Below, piece after piece: positions 7,344-17,067 of a stretch of DNA of 61,217 bases (positions are counted from its first letter, which is position 1; each line of letters begins with the position of its first letter). The stretch covers positions 1-61,217 of the IMG/VR virus record IMGVR_UViG_3300035128_000109, one strand, 5' to 3'. The translations under genes and the position numbers were made by a program. Origin of the DNA: a virus (lineage: Duplodnaviria > Caudoviricetes). Under the pieces are notes generated by a model. It was not told the origin of the DNA. It saw only the letters and a program-made list of their open reading frames with translations, and did not search any database.

Positions 7344-8783
7344 TCAAGGGTTTTTTACCATGCAATATACGGTTTCCCAATCTATTCGAGGACTCCCCTT
7401 TTTTTCAGCTAATCTTCTAAAAAACGACTTCGACTCAGTTTTTATTTCTACGGGCTCTCCAAATAAAGTCTCTTGTGTACCTTTGTGATGCACCAGCATA
7501 GCGCGATGTTCGTGCAGGGTTTCAAAGCCGACGGCCTCGCACAACTGCCGCCACTGGTGCGAGAACGGCACCCGCTCTTTATTCTTGACAAAATCCTTGA
7601 CCACCCAGACAGCATGGGCACCTGGGGCAAGCAGTGCATAGGTCTGCTCGACGATCACTCGGGCGGCGGCCCAGAAGTCAGATTGGTCAGATTGTGCCGC
7701 TTTAGACGGCATCGCGCCGAGTTGGCCAGAAGTAACTCCATAATCGCTACCGGGGTGAAACACATTTCCACCTTGGATATGCTCTGGATTTGGGTCTTTT
7801 CCGCCCGTGTGCTGCGCTCCATCCGCGTACGGAGGGCTCGAAATACAGGCCTTCATCGCGCCGAGTTGGCCGGGAGTAGAACCATAATTCTGTTTTTTTC
7901 TGGCCACCCCCGCCGGCCCTCCGACATTCTCTTTTTTGTCAACGTCAATGCCGGCCTTACGCATACGCTCGATCCGGGCTTCGGTATCGTTGGCGCCCTC
8001 CGATTGATTCATCGATCCCGTGTACGGCGGAGAGCTCACTGCCCCATGGAAACCTTGCTCACTCCCACGCATATTCCCGAGTTGCCCCTCTTCCCCACCG
8101 TACCCTTCGGCGGCTGAATTGCCGGCGGAATGGCGCTTGTAAAGCGATTTGTCAATCGGGCCACCCTCTTTCGGTTCGGGAGTGCCGCCCTCCGACTGTA
8201 GGAATGGCGGGGAGGTGATGGAGGCCTGAAATCCTTCGTCGGTCATGGGCATTCCCTCAAGCTGACCGTCAGAATTTCCATATTTTACAAAGGCTCCATC
8301 TTCGCTAGGGGTAGTCCCCCTCCGGCCACCCCGACTGCCATTATGATCTTGCGACATAGGTAGGTTGTAAGGTGGGGAGCTTACCGATCCGTCGCACGCC
8401 TCATCAACGACTCTCACAAGCTCCCGACTATCACCCTGTAATAAAACCGCATTGGGATTCCAACCGGGCATTTGGGAGTAGGTCTCATTCCACAGCTCGA
8501 TATTTTCTCCGCCCAGTTCCACAAACTTCGGCTCCAATTCCACACCGATCCAATTCATCCCTAGATGCATGGCGTTGATCGCTCCCAGGGCCACACCGCC
8601 AAAGGGATCCAGGACAGTATCCCCAGGCTTGACCCATCCCTCCTCGATCAAGTGAGCGTAAATCCTCTTTACTAATTTAGATGAGAATTTAGCCGGATGT
8701 TCGAAGGCCCTATCTATGATAACTCCCTTCCACTGTGAAGGGTAACAATTTTTCCATCGATCAACTTTCATCACATACTCCAA
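7344..8783 (-). CDS. N4-C/N6-A DNA methyltransferase with four repeated SPP(Y/F) units
   Basis: HPAKF, VLDPFGG, GVELE and GDSREL motifs; SSPPY, TSPPF, SSPPY, SSPPY. Confidence 0.8.
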   Translation of the reverse strand: MEYVMKVDRWKNCYPSQWKGVIIDRAFEHPAKFSSKLVKRIYAHLIEEGWVKPGDTVLDPFGGVALGAINAMHLGMNWIGVELEPKFVELGGENIELWNETYSQMPGWNPNAVLLQGDSRELVRVVDEACDGSVSSPPYNLPMSQDHNGSRGGRRGTTPSEDGAFVKYGNSDGQLEGMPMTDEGFQASITSPPFLQSEGGTPEPKEGGPIDKSLYKRHSAGNSAAEGYGGEEGQLGNMRGSEQGFHGAVSSPPYTGSMNQSEGANDTEARIERMRKAGIDVDKKENVGGPAGVARKKQNYGSTPGQLGAMKACISSPPYADGAQHTGGKDPNPEHIQGGNVFHPGSDYGVTSGQLGAMPSKAAQSDQSDFWAAARVIVEQTYALLAPGAHAVWVVKDFVKNKERVPFSHQWRQLCEAVGFETLHEHRAMLVHHKGTQETLFGEPVEIKTESKSFFRRLAEKKGSPRIDWETVYCMVKNP

Positions 8784-9543
8784 ACGTCACAGCCCAGACC
8801 CAGGGATTCCCGTACACGTACCACGGTTTTCCCCGATATTCCTTGGTCTCCCTGCCTTCATACCATGGGAACGACTCATAATAGGCTATTTTCTTTTTCC
8901 CGTTCTCAGTGACATAGCGAGGCCGGGGTTTCGCGTTGATCGAATCCCATAAATCCATAAATCGAGTTAAACACAATTCATAAAAACTCTGTTTATTGGG
9001 AGATAACGGTCGCTCTATCCCCTCCGCAAGGGCATCCTCAGCGCTGATCTCCTGGATCCGCTGAACGCGAATATTCAGCACATCCAGATCCAGCCGGCTT
9101 GTTGCCCTGGGCATGAAGATAGATGGGGTGTACTTGTATCCCAAATCCTTCCTGGCCTTTTCGATCTCTTTGAAGCCAGGCCCCAGGGTATCGGCTTTAT
9201 ATCCATACTTCGGAGGCCAATGAGATCGGTCGAACTTTACAAACGTTTCCTTTACCCACAGCCGGCCCCCAGGCATCCCATAAGGGCACCGGACTCCCCA
9301 TTCCCCATCTTCCGTGTATACGCCATATACCTCTTTCCCGGGTTGCTCAATCCCATCCCGGTCAATGACAATCGGCGCGTACATAGCCGGCCCGATAAGC
9401 CGGCTGAACTCTCCGATCGGCTGCGGGTTGATCACGCGCCGGGTTTGTGTCTTTATCCCGTCCAGGATTGCCCGAACCATATGGGGAGAAAACAGGATTG
9501 GAAGCTCACTCGAGGTCATCATGAAGAACCTCCTCGTCGTCAA
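8761..9543 (-). CDS. ASCH-like phage protein
   Basis: PILFS..MVRAILDG.KTQTRR, LWVKET, PSIFMPR, AEG and NPWVW motifs. Confidence 0.75.
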   Translation of the reverse strand: MTTRRFFMMTSSELPILFSPHMVRAILDGIKTQTRRVINPQPIGEFSRLIGPAMYAPIVIDRDGIEQPGKEVYGVYTEDGEWGVRCPYGMPGGRLWVKETFVKFDRSHWPPKYGYKADTLGPGFKEIEKARKDLGYKYTPSIFMPRATSRLDLDVLNIRVQRIQEISAEDALAEGIERPLSPNKQSFYELCLTRFMDLWDSINAKPRPRYVTENGKKKIAYYESFPWYEGRETKEYRGKPWYVYGNPWVWAVTFGVCDES

Positions 9544-9841
9544 TATCGCCCCAATCAGGGCCAGATCGTCCCGATGATAGTTGAGGCAGATTCAGCTTCC
9601 ACACCTCGACCGGTCGCTTTTTCAATCCCTGGACCGCAGACATCATTGTCTCTTCGTCCACGGGCGTGATCGCGTAAATTGCGCCGGCTCCGTAGAACTT
9701 CGTGAACCCGTCCTGGCCTTCGATCGCCGGCACGTCCACGCGCACGAACCCCTGGCCGCCGATCACCTGCTCGGTTACCTCGCCGGCGATCATTTGATGA
9801 CCAAACAACTCCACTATTGCAAACTGCTTGAATTCAGACAT
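9506..9841 (-). CDS. Conserved phage hypothetical protein
   Basis: AIVELFGHQ.IAG.V...FVRVDVP pattern; GGAGG RBS. Confidence 0.7.
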   Translation of the reverse strand: MSEFKQFAIVELFGHQMIAGEVTEQVIGGQGFVRVDVPAIEGQDGFTKFYGAGAIYAITPVDEETMMSAVQGLKKRPVEVWKLNLPQLSSGRSGPDWGDIDDEEVLHDDLE

Positions 9842-10145
9842 TACAAACCTCCTAGATTTTTAGCCATTTGACTGAAAATATCCATTCATACAGCCAAATG
9901 CGAACCAACAAATAATAGCCGGCAAAGTTTCCAAACAATTGCATCTCCAGAAGCGGATTACTCCTGTTGTGTGCACGCCGGCCAACTATCTCCATTTTAC
10001 CCAGACGCATTCTCACCCTCCAATACAGTTATGGTGCCACACAAAAGACACCTGTACTCACCCGAGGCATGGATAAGCCCCTGATCGGTGAAAGTTTTGC
10101 AGGTCTCGCACCAGAGCACCATGGTCTCAGTTTTTATGACTATTA

Positions 10146-11156
10146 TCATACGCGCCTCGCCTGTTTCACGACGGCACGGAACGACTGCTTGTCGAAGCCG
10201 GCTCCCAGGATGTAGTCATCCACTTTCTGGTTGAGTCTAAGGATTTTCAAATCCCGATCTCCATATGTTTCCTTGACATTTTTCAACGCCCAGGGTCTTA
10301 CGTCGGGATCCGGAATATAGCAGATATGAGCGGCATTGATTGACTCGAGCAGATCACGGCTGGGTGACATCGGCAACCCAAACGCCTGGGTGCGAGGATC
10401 ATCGAAGGTCAGCCAAGCGACCGCCGCTTTTTTCTCTCCCTCCACCAAGAAGGCCCAATCCGCGTCATTGCATAGATCAAGGTTGGCGATGAATACCGGC
10501 TCGAACCCGACAGAATATTCCATGCGGTACTTCGTCCCGTCCGGTTGCGGAACGATCAAGCGATGCTTGACATTGACCACGCCCCCATCCAGATTCCGCT
10601 CTGCAATCGTGGCTGTGGGAGTGACGTGCTTCGCCCACCCATCACCAGAGTCGTAATAGAACTCATGCTCACGATCCCAACCTAACCCCCACTCAATCCA
10701 CTTCTCCGCAATATCTATGCCGGCATCAGACCAGTACCTCGCGCCGGCATCCTCAAAAAATAGCGCATCCGTATAGAGCTCCCATTTTTTCTCGTCGCGT
10801 AGCAACTGTAGAGCCTTCTCAGCCTCGGCCTTGCGCCGCTCCTCCTCAACAATCCGTTCCTGTTTCCACTGTTCTAGCTTTTCAGGATCCGGCTTGAACT
10901 CTTTGTCGGGCAGCCACTTGAACCCACAGACCCGGCACCAGCCAATAGTGACTCCGGTCTTACTGTGAGCCTGGGGAAACATCCGGAACCGGTCAGGCCA
11001 CTCCCCGCTCGAGTGTGGAGCACCTCCGCACTCCGGGCAGGTACTGGACCATTCCTTCCCCCGGATCCGTTCGACAATATATTGAACATGACCTTGCAAT
11101 TCGTAAAATTCAGGGTGCAGTGATGACTCACGCATTGGCTTCCTCCAGACTGTCAT
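10146..11156 (-). CDS. DNA primase (Zn finger + TOPRIM)
   Basis: CPECGG...CRVCG, LVEGEKKA and PDPD motifs; follows the helicase. Confidence 0.75.
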   Translation of the reverse strand: MTVWRKPMRESSLHPEFYELQGHVQYIVERIRGKEWSSTCPECGGAPHSSGEWPDRFRMFPQAHSKTGVTIGWCRVCGFKWLPDKEFKPDPEKLEQWKQERIVEEERRKAEAEKALQLLRDEKKWELYTDALFFEDAGARYWSDAGIDIAEKWIEWGLGWDREHEFYYDSGDGWAKHVTPTATIAERNLDGGVVNVKHRLIVPQPDGTKYRMEYSVGFEPVFIANLDLCNDADWAFLVEGEKKAAVAWLTFDDPRTQAFGLPMSPSRDLLESINAAHICYIPDPDVRPWALKNVKETYGDRDLKILRLNQKVDDYILGAGFDKQSFRAVVKQARRV

Positions 11157-12177
11157 TATCTCTTTCAGGATCGTAATATTTCATCTCCCCCTGGACCAGG
11201 TAATTGTATTCCGGTTCAAACTTTACAAACTTCTTGAAATTCTCAGGTCCCTTCTTTCTCTTCAAAACCGAAACGATCATATCGTTATGGTCTTTCACAT
11301 ATAGCAGCGGAGCATCCTTTTTTCCAAACCCTGGCGGCGTTTTATCGTCAGGCGTAACGTAGTGACTCGGACGAACTACAGACAACACTCCATCAGAGAA
11401 CTGCTCCACAGTCGAGGTCCACTGGCCGTCATCCATCATGGGGATCGGAACCTGACGGGTATCGACCTCGCGCTTGGCCTGGCAGCCCAGGACCATGCGC
11501 GTGTTGAAGTCCTCCGCCAGGTTCTTCAACCCATTGACCAGATCCCCATAGAACTCCACCCAAGCGCTTCCTCGAGGCCGGAACCGCTGTAGGTAGTCGA
11601 TGAAGATAGAGTCGATCTCCTGCACGACCTGATTCCCCTGCCACTCTTCCACGTTCCCCATGGCATCCCTCAAAGTGGTCTCGGTGATCTCAGTCTTATC
11701 GCGCCGGCGCTGTTTGCTCTTCCCGATAAACCACAACGGGCTGGTCATCATGTGAGGGCTCGCCAGATGGGTCTGCACACGACCCCAATCTTTCGGCTCC
11801 AGCTTGCCGGCGGCCATGTCTGTGATAGATATCCGGAGCTCGGCAGCCACATGGAAGAGGCGCAATTCCTCGACCAACTGCTCCGCCGTCATATAAAGCA
11901 CGATCTTATTGTCGACTCCCATGTGTTTGAGATGGCCGGCACGCATCCGGGCCCACCTCATCAAGAGGCTCGACTTCCCGCTCCCGGGCCGGCCTAAGAC
12001 CGTGATCAACTCCCCGGGCACCACGGGCAGGAATCCCTTCCCGGACTCCGGGTCATAATCCATGCCGTTGATATAGATCGGCATTCCCTGGTCGCCGCCC
12101 TTGCGAATGTGGTCCACGTACTCGGTTGTAGCATTCGAGGCCTCGACCGCAGTAAAGACAAGCGTTGAACTGGTCAT
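11128..12177 (-). CDS. DnaB-like replicative helicase
   Basis: Walker A GRPGSGKS, IFIDYLQ, CQAKRE and EQFSD motifs. Confidence 0.85.
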   Translation of the reverse strand: MTSSTLVFTAVEASNATTEYVDHIRKGGDQGMPIYINGMDYDPESGKGFLPVVPGELITVLGRPGSGKSSLLMRWARMRAGHLKHMGVDNKIVLYMTAEQLVEELRLFHVAAELRISITDMAAGKLEPKDWGRVQTHLASPHMMTSPLWFIGKSKQRRRDKTEITETTLRDAMGNVEEWQGNQVVQEIDSIFIDYLQRFRPRGSAWVEFYGDLVNGLKNLAEDFNTRMVLGCQAKREVDTRQVPIPMMDDGQWTSTVEQFSDGVLSVVRPSHYVTPDDKTPPGFGKKDAPLLYVKDHNDMIVSVLKRKKGPENFKKFVKFEPEYNYLVQGEMKYYDPERDNDSLEEANA

Positions 12178-13082
12178 AGCGTCTCCAATCTGTCAGAAGG
12201 CTCAGATTCAGCATCTGAATCATCATCAACAAAAGCTAATCCCCAGGTATCTTTGAGCAAACTAAGTTTTTGAGCAATCTGGAAAAACTTCGGCATGTTA
12301 TATGGGTCATCTTTGCAGGCTTTAGCAAAAGTCTCAATCGTCTCTCCGTGCTCATCTTTTTCCAAAAGGAAATCCATTACCCGCTCCCGATACCAACGGT
12401 CACTGACGGTCAGGCCAGTAGACTTATAAATCCTGTCCTCCATTTCGTTGTAACGTTGCTCTTTATCACTAGAGAGCTTGCCCCACTCAACCAAAATGTC
12501 AGTTGATTCCCGCAGAGCATCCGCTTTTGCCTTGCGTTTTTTAGCTTCTTCAATTCCTTTAGCACGGTCGTAAGGTTTCGAATTTTCGTTGTTGTTATTT
12601 CCTTTTTTTTCTTCTTTTTCTTTCTTCTTTGTTTCATGTGGTGACCCACCTCCTTCACATGTTGGGACACCTTCTTCATCTCGTGAAGACTTCATCTCGT
12701 GAAGGCTCTTTTTGAACTCAATCCTTGACTTTATGGATAGGTGGTTCTCCGCCCATTTTATATTTTTTGACCATAGGTCGGGAATAGTCAGGTGCCAAAC
12801 CGGTTGAGGATAACCGGCATCCCGCCTAATCTCCCCATCGAGAAAACCTAACTCAATCCAGTATTTCCGGCACTCTGAAACCTTACCAGCAGACATACCA
12901 CTAAGAGCCGCCAAATCTTCGGTAGACAAATAACACTCACTGGAATCGCCGGCAACCTCTTTGACCGTATCCCAGAGAGCATAATCGTATGGGGAGCGAC
13001 TGTAATATTTCACAATGCGAGGATTGATCGTGAAGTATTTTGCGTCTCGGCTTTTATCAACAGCTTTGTGCATTTCACTCAT
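12174..13082 (-). CDS. Putative replication initiator (N-terminal HTH)
   Basis: CYLSTEDLAALSGMSAGKV HTH, low-complexity linker, position upstream of the helicase. Confidence 0.65.
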   Translation of the reverse strand: MSEMHKAVDKSRDAKYFTINPRIVKYYSRSPYDYALWDTVKEVAGDSSECYLSTEDLAALSGMSAGKVSECRKYWIELGFLDGEIRRDAGYPQPVWHLTIPDLWSKNIKWAENHLSIKSRIEFKKSLHEMKSSRDEEGVPTCEGGGSPHETKKKEKEEKKGNNNNENSKPYDRAKGIEEAKKRKAKADALRESTDILVEWGKLSSDKEQRYNEMEDRIYKSTGLTVSDRWYRERVMDFLLEKDEHGETIETFAKACKDDPYNMPKFFQIAQKLSLLKDTWGLAFVDDDSDAESEPSDRLETL

Positions 13083-13786
13083 GAAATTACCCTCCAGTCA
13101 ATCCCAATATTTAACAACTTATCCAATTCATCTTTAGACAAATCAAACCACTCTCGATGGGTTTGATTTTTGCAAAAAGCCACGTGTAACGATATTTCTA
13201 CTTCGCTATAATCTTCCACAAACGCACAGGCCAACATACGAAAAGAAGGATTGGTGCTCTGAATCTCCCTCTCTCTTTTTCTCACGTGAACAGTTTTCCC
13301 AATTTTATATCCCTTATTAGAATTGTCTTGACCTATATAAACATACCCTCTCATGACTCCCTCTCCCTTTTTTGCCAACTCATCCAACGCCGGCCACTCA
13401 ACGGCCTCAATCTCCCCAACGCGCTGCTCTGGATGATATCCGAGTGTATAGGCCATAATACGCATCCGGCACGAATTACACCGTTTGCACAATTCCCGCC
13501 GGCTCTCCTCACGATCCACCTTCGCAAAAACCTGATCGTGAGATAGATATGATAAATCCGGCAAGGAATACGGACTCTGGTGCTTGTATCCTCGCCGGAC
13601 CATTTCAGCAGCCAGGTCATTATGCCGGCGCTCCATCTCGATAGGCTCGATCTGCACGACCGGAGAGAGCCGGCCATCAATCGAGTGCTGCTTGACAAAG
13701 TTATGCCTGAACTTGTGAATCTCAGCGTGCTCCCCGAGCAAGTGCTGCCGGCATAACAACATTGGGTCAATCATCCACATTCTCAT
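13079..13786 (-). CDS. Pyrimidine-dimer glycosylase (T4 EndoV-like) domain fused to a GIY-YIG/T5orf172-like domain
   Basis: MRMW...LCRQHLLGEH.EIH...EMVRRGYKH at the N-terminus; GYVYI...YKIGKT...E..LH...REWF at the C-terminus. Confidence 0.7.
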   Translation of the reverse strand: MRMWMIDPMLLCRQHLLGEHAEIHKFRHNFVKQHSIDGRLSPVVQIEPIEMERRHNDLAAEMVRRGYKHQSPYSLPDLSYLSHDQVFAKVDREESRRELCKRCNSCRMRIMAYTLGYHPEQRVGEIEAVEWPALDELAKKGEGVMRGYVYIGQDNSNKGYKIGKTVHVRKREREIQSTNPSFRMLACAFVEDYSEVEISLHVAFCKNQTHREWFDLSKDELDKLLNIGIDWRVIS

Positions 13787-14019
13787 GACTCCCCATCCTG
13801 GTTCACCTGCCGGGCCTGCTCGTTCATCGCCTCAGCTTCCGGGTGCCCACAGTGACCATACCGCTCCCAGCAGTCGCTGCAAAGCGGCCCCTGGCAATAC
13901 CAGCAAATCTCAGGATCCAGGCCGGCATCCTCGCCGCAGCGCCGGCAGATAAATCTTGTTGCAGGGTGTGAAAACATACGACCTCCTAAATAATTCCTAC
14001 CGCTGATTACCTTACGCAC
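13783..14019 (-). CDS. Cys-rich hypothetical protein
   Basis: Three CxxC pairs. Confidence 0.5.
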   Translation of the reverse strand: MRKVISGRNYLGGRMFSHPATRFICRRCGEDAGLDPEICWYCQGPLCSDCWERYGHCGHPEAEAMNEQARQVNQDGES

Positions 14020-14398
14020 GATTGGGTCTCACAGTCGAGGCCAGCGGCCAACCTCGTTGTGGATAAAAAAATCACCTCTTGGGGGTGCTTCCGTTTCCGC
14101 TGGCAGGTTATAGACCCAAACGCTTCTATGACTTGCGGTACGGAAACACTCCGAAAAGGTGATTCTCGTTTTTGGGTCGCCGGCCTGCCAAACCGGGGGT
14201 GCGCTCACGCGCCTAAGTTGTACTTACATACTAGCACAGACGTACAGGCATGTCAAGGTCGTAGACGTAGAAGTCAAAACGGCCATGGCAGCCAGCCGGC
14301 TACCAAAGAGATCACGAACGCGATCACAAGCACGATGCAGACCACGCCCAGGGATGAGAGAATATCGGCTATCAGACCAGAGAAAAAATCCCAGAGTT

Positions 14399-14662
14399 TC
14401 ATACGATCCAACCTTTCAAATCAGCCAGGTGCCAGCGACCACATTGGCATTTCCAATAATACTTATTGCTATAAGGGCCAACCAACTTATGCAGCCGTTC
14501 CTTATCGCAATGATTACAATACATCGTTTCCATAGCCCCTTTCGAAACTTTTATAGCCTCTTGAGTTTCCTCAGCTTCCCGGCATTCAGGGCATTTCGTC
14601 ATCGAGGTATTGGCCTGCCTGAACTTTTTTCCGCAAGCACAATAACGCAATCCATAAGTCAT
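14399..14662 (-). CDS. Zinc-ribbon hypothetical protein
   Basis: CACG, CPEC, CNHC and CQCG motifs. Confidence 0.6.
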   Translation of the reverse strand: MTYGLRYCACGKKFRQANTSMTKCPECREAEETQEAIKVSKGAMETMYCNHCDKERLHKLVGPYSNKYYWKCQCGRWHLADLKGWIV

Positions 14663-14934
14663 CAGATTTCCTCGACCTTGTAATCTTTATGATTTCCTCG
14701 GCCGGCCTTCTGGATCGTGTGCCATATGGCGCTCTGTGCCTTGTTTTTGGCAAAGAATACAAAATGATTTCCATCTTCCCCGATGAAAAGGACTTTTTTT
14801 TCATCGTCCCAATCCATCAACCTGTCAAAGGGCAGGAAACGTACCACAGACGGCTTGGCCGGCTCGGGTGGAGTCTTTGGTTTCCGCCACTGCTGACCGC
14901 GATTCTGTTTTGATTTTGGGTGATAATTACTCAT
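14662..14934 (-). CDS. Hypothetical protein
   Basis: AGGAGG RBS before MSNYHPK at 14934. Confidence 0.65.
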   Translation of the reverse strand: MSNYHPKSKQNRGQQWRKPKTPPEPAKPSVVRFLPFDRLMDWDDEKKVLFIGEDGNHFVFFAKNKAQSAIWHTIQKAGRGNHKDYKVEEI

Positions 14935-14946
14935 AGTATCCTCCTG

Positions 14947-15068
14947 AAAAAAAAAGACTGCCGGTCTAGGAGTTACGGGGTGGCCAGGGATACTGGCTGA
15001 TAGCCCGAAAACTTTCCGGCAGTCCTGGGGATACAACGGGAGCAAACCGGCATTGTATCCACCATCCA
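14947..15068 (-). ncRNA. Candidate structured leader or small RNA
   Basis: Downstream of a promoter; stems GGATACAA/TTGTATCC and GACTGCCGG/CCGGCAGTC followed by a T9 run. Confidence 0.4.
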
Positions 15069-15074
15069 CAACCT

Positions 15075-15102
15075 ATTATATAGGAAAAGTCGTAAAAGTC
15101 AA
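15075..15102 (-). promoter_or_regulatory. Sigma70-type promoter
   Basis: TTGACT-N16-TATAAT. Confidence 0.65.
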
Positions 15103-15244
15103 TCATTTCGGCCTGGGTGTGTAGGCCGGCTTTTTCACAACCACGACCCTACGCTTGTCAACTTTATCCAGATTGCGTACCCAGGTCACAGATTCGGACG
15201 GCTTACGATCCGGGTTAGTAGGCTGCTTCGGATATTTCTGATTC

Positions 15245-15556
15245 TTATCGGTCATCTCCATCACCTCCTTTCTGTTTAGAGTGCCAGGCAAGCAGTTCCT
15301 TGCCCAGGTTTGTCACATGCAATGTTCGGGGAGCCATGTGACCGCTTTCCAAAAAGTGGCCATCGATCAGGCCGGCGTCGATCATTGGGGCTAAGGCGTA
15401 ATTTACAACACTGGTCGAAGTGATACCCGTGGCGTCTCCGATCTCTCGCATCTCAGGACAGTATGAATTTTTCCTCTGATACCTGTCCAGGAACTCCAAT
15501 ACCTCCCAGCGTCGGGGATTCATTTTTGCGCGGTTCGCTATATCACTAAAATCCAT
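15245..15556 (-). CDS. LexA-like DNA-binding domain repressor (no peptidase domain)
   Basis: EVLEFL...P..REIGDATGITSTSVVNYAL winged-HTH pattern; divergent from 15654. Confidence 0.75.
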   Translation of the reverse strand: MDFSDIANRAKMNPRRWEVLEFLDRYQRKNSYCPEMREIGDATGITSTSVVNYALAPMIDAGLIDGHFLESGHMAPRTLHVTNLGKELLAWHSKQKGGDGDDR

Positions 15557-15653
15557 AACATTCTCCTAAAATATCTTGTATATAAGACCATTATGGTGTA
15601 GAATGGAAAAACAAGATAGTTTTCATATACTATAATACGAAAGGTTGTGCTAA

Positions 15654-15860
15654 ATGTCAAGAGACAAAACGAAACCCAAAACCTATCGATTGACCGCCGG
15701 CGAGGAAGAAGCGATCCAGGAACTTGCCCTGGCCGGCTGGGTAAAAGACCCGGAGAAATTCAAAAATCGGACAGAAGTAGGAGTTCTTCGCAAGGCGCTA
15801 CGGGATGCCTGGAATTTTTGCCCGGCAACAAAAGACAAGCCCTTCCCAGGGGAGGAGTGA
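15654..15860 (+). CDS. Small putative DNA-binding protein, divergent from the repressor
   Basis: Cro-like position; ribbon-helix-helix-like KTYRLT...IQELA pattern. Confidence 0.55.
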   Translation: MSRDKTKPKTYRLTAGEEEAIQELALAGWVKDPEKFKNRTEVGVLRKALRDAWNFCPATKDKPFPGEE

Positions 15861-15863
15861 TCT

Positions 15864-16097
15864 ATGAAAAATATTCGAAAACGCAACAGCATGAAAGTCG
15901 AGATCATCAATCGGTCAATATATGGTCCAGATGACACCCTTTCAGAGAGGGCATCGGGAACCATAAATGGCCATGAGGTACAGGTTATCCATGATGTTGA
16001 CCCCCCAAGCAGCACGTCCCTGGTCAAAGTAGATGACAGTATAGCCATCATCAGAAATGATGACGTGACCACTCATATAAACTCAAGAACAAGTTAG
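15864..16097 (+). CDS. Hypothetical protein
   Basis: GAGGAG RBS. Confidence 0.55.
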   Translation: MKNIRKRNSMKVEIINRSIYGPDDTLSERASGTINGHEVQVIHDVDPPSSTSLVKVDDSIAIIRNDDVTTHINSRTS

Positions 16098-16109
16098 GAG
16101 GCAAAATAA

Positions 16110-17036
16110 ATGAATGAAAACTTTCTCTTCAACGAAAACGACACCTTGGACGAAGAATTGAACGAATACGTTAGCCGACGCACGCTGGTCAGCAGCATGA
16201 AAGAAACTGCTAACAAGCGAACAGACCTGGACGATATGTCCCTGGAAGCAGAGATCCGCAAAAACGGGTGGTTGTACTTTTTCCTGTTGGTCTCCTCCCT
16301 GTTTACAGCCACGCTCGGATTCATGATGGGAATCGCCCCCGAGCGAACCGAAGCCGGCATTTTCTACCACACCGATGTAGGTCACATCGTCCTGTCGGTG
16401 ATCTATGCAATCGCATTCGTCACGGTCACTGAATTTGCGTTCGGCCTGGCAAAATGGCTGTACTTCCGCCGCGAAGAAAAAAACTCCCGCCAAAAATTTT
16501 CAATGATTACTATGATGGGAATATCTGGGATTTCGATTGTAGCCACAGGTATCGCCGGCGGGATGGTGATCGCCTCCACAATCGCATTCTTGACAGACTT
16601 CCGAGAGATCCCCCACCAGGCGCAACTCTGGGTGATCGTGGCTATCCCCACCTTGATGTTCATTTATGCCCTTTGTGGGACTGTCTACATTCTGTCATCC
16701 GAAGAGGCCGCCGCAAAGAGACTGGTCAGCGAGAAGGAACGCGAGAACGACCTGGATCACAAAACTCGCCAAAAGCTGATCAAACAATGGGGCCGCGAAC
16801 AGGTGCAACGTGAGGAGATCAAGGTCTATATTCACATGATCCAGGAAGGAAAACTGACCGCCGGCGAGGCGAACGCCGCTATCGAAGCCGGTATGACCCT
16901 CGGACAACTCGAAGAACAGCTTGGACGCGACATCAACGAAGATGGTAGGATCGGCTCGAGAGTTCACCAACGTCCTCGCCATCCAGCCTACGCTTCCGAA
17001 GCCCGGGATTTTACCCGCCCGCCGGATCGGAGCTAA
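16110..17036 (+). CDS. Multi-pass membrane protein
   Basis: AGGAGG RBS, about four hydrophobic helices, charged C-terminal domain. Confidence 0.75.
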   Translation: MNENFLFNENDTLDEELNEYVSRRTLVSSMKETANKRTDLDDMSLEAEIRKNGWLYFFLLVSSLFTATLGFMMGIAPERTEAGIFYHTDVGHIVLSVIYAIAFVTVTEFAFGLAKWLYFRREEKNSRQKFSMITMMGISGISIVATGIAGGMVIASTIAFLTDFREIPHQAQLWVIVAIPTLMFIYALCGTVYILSSEEAAAKRLVSEKERENDLDHKTRQKLIKQWGREQVQREEIKVYIHMIQEGKLTAGEANAAIEAGMTLGQLEEQLGRDINEDGRIGSRVHQRPRHPAYASEARDFTRPPDRS

Positions 17037-17067
17037 CCGAGCCGGCGGAGACAGATGACAAGGTAGC

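Noticed and set aside
14020-14398. Possible tRNA or ncRNA in this gap
   Set aside because: No cloverleaf or T-loop consensus seen; the region may hold a short minus-strand membrane ORF.
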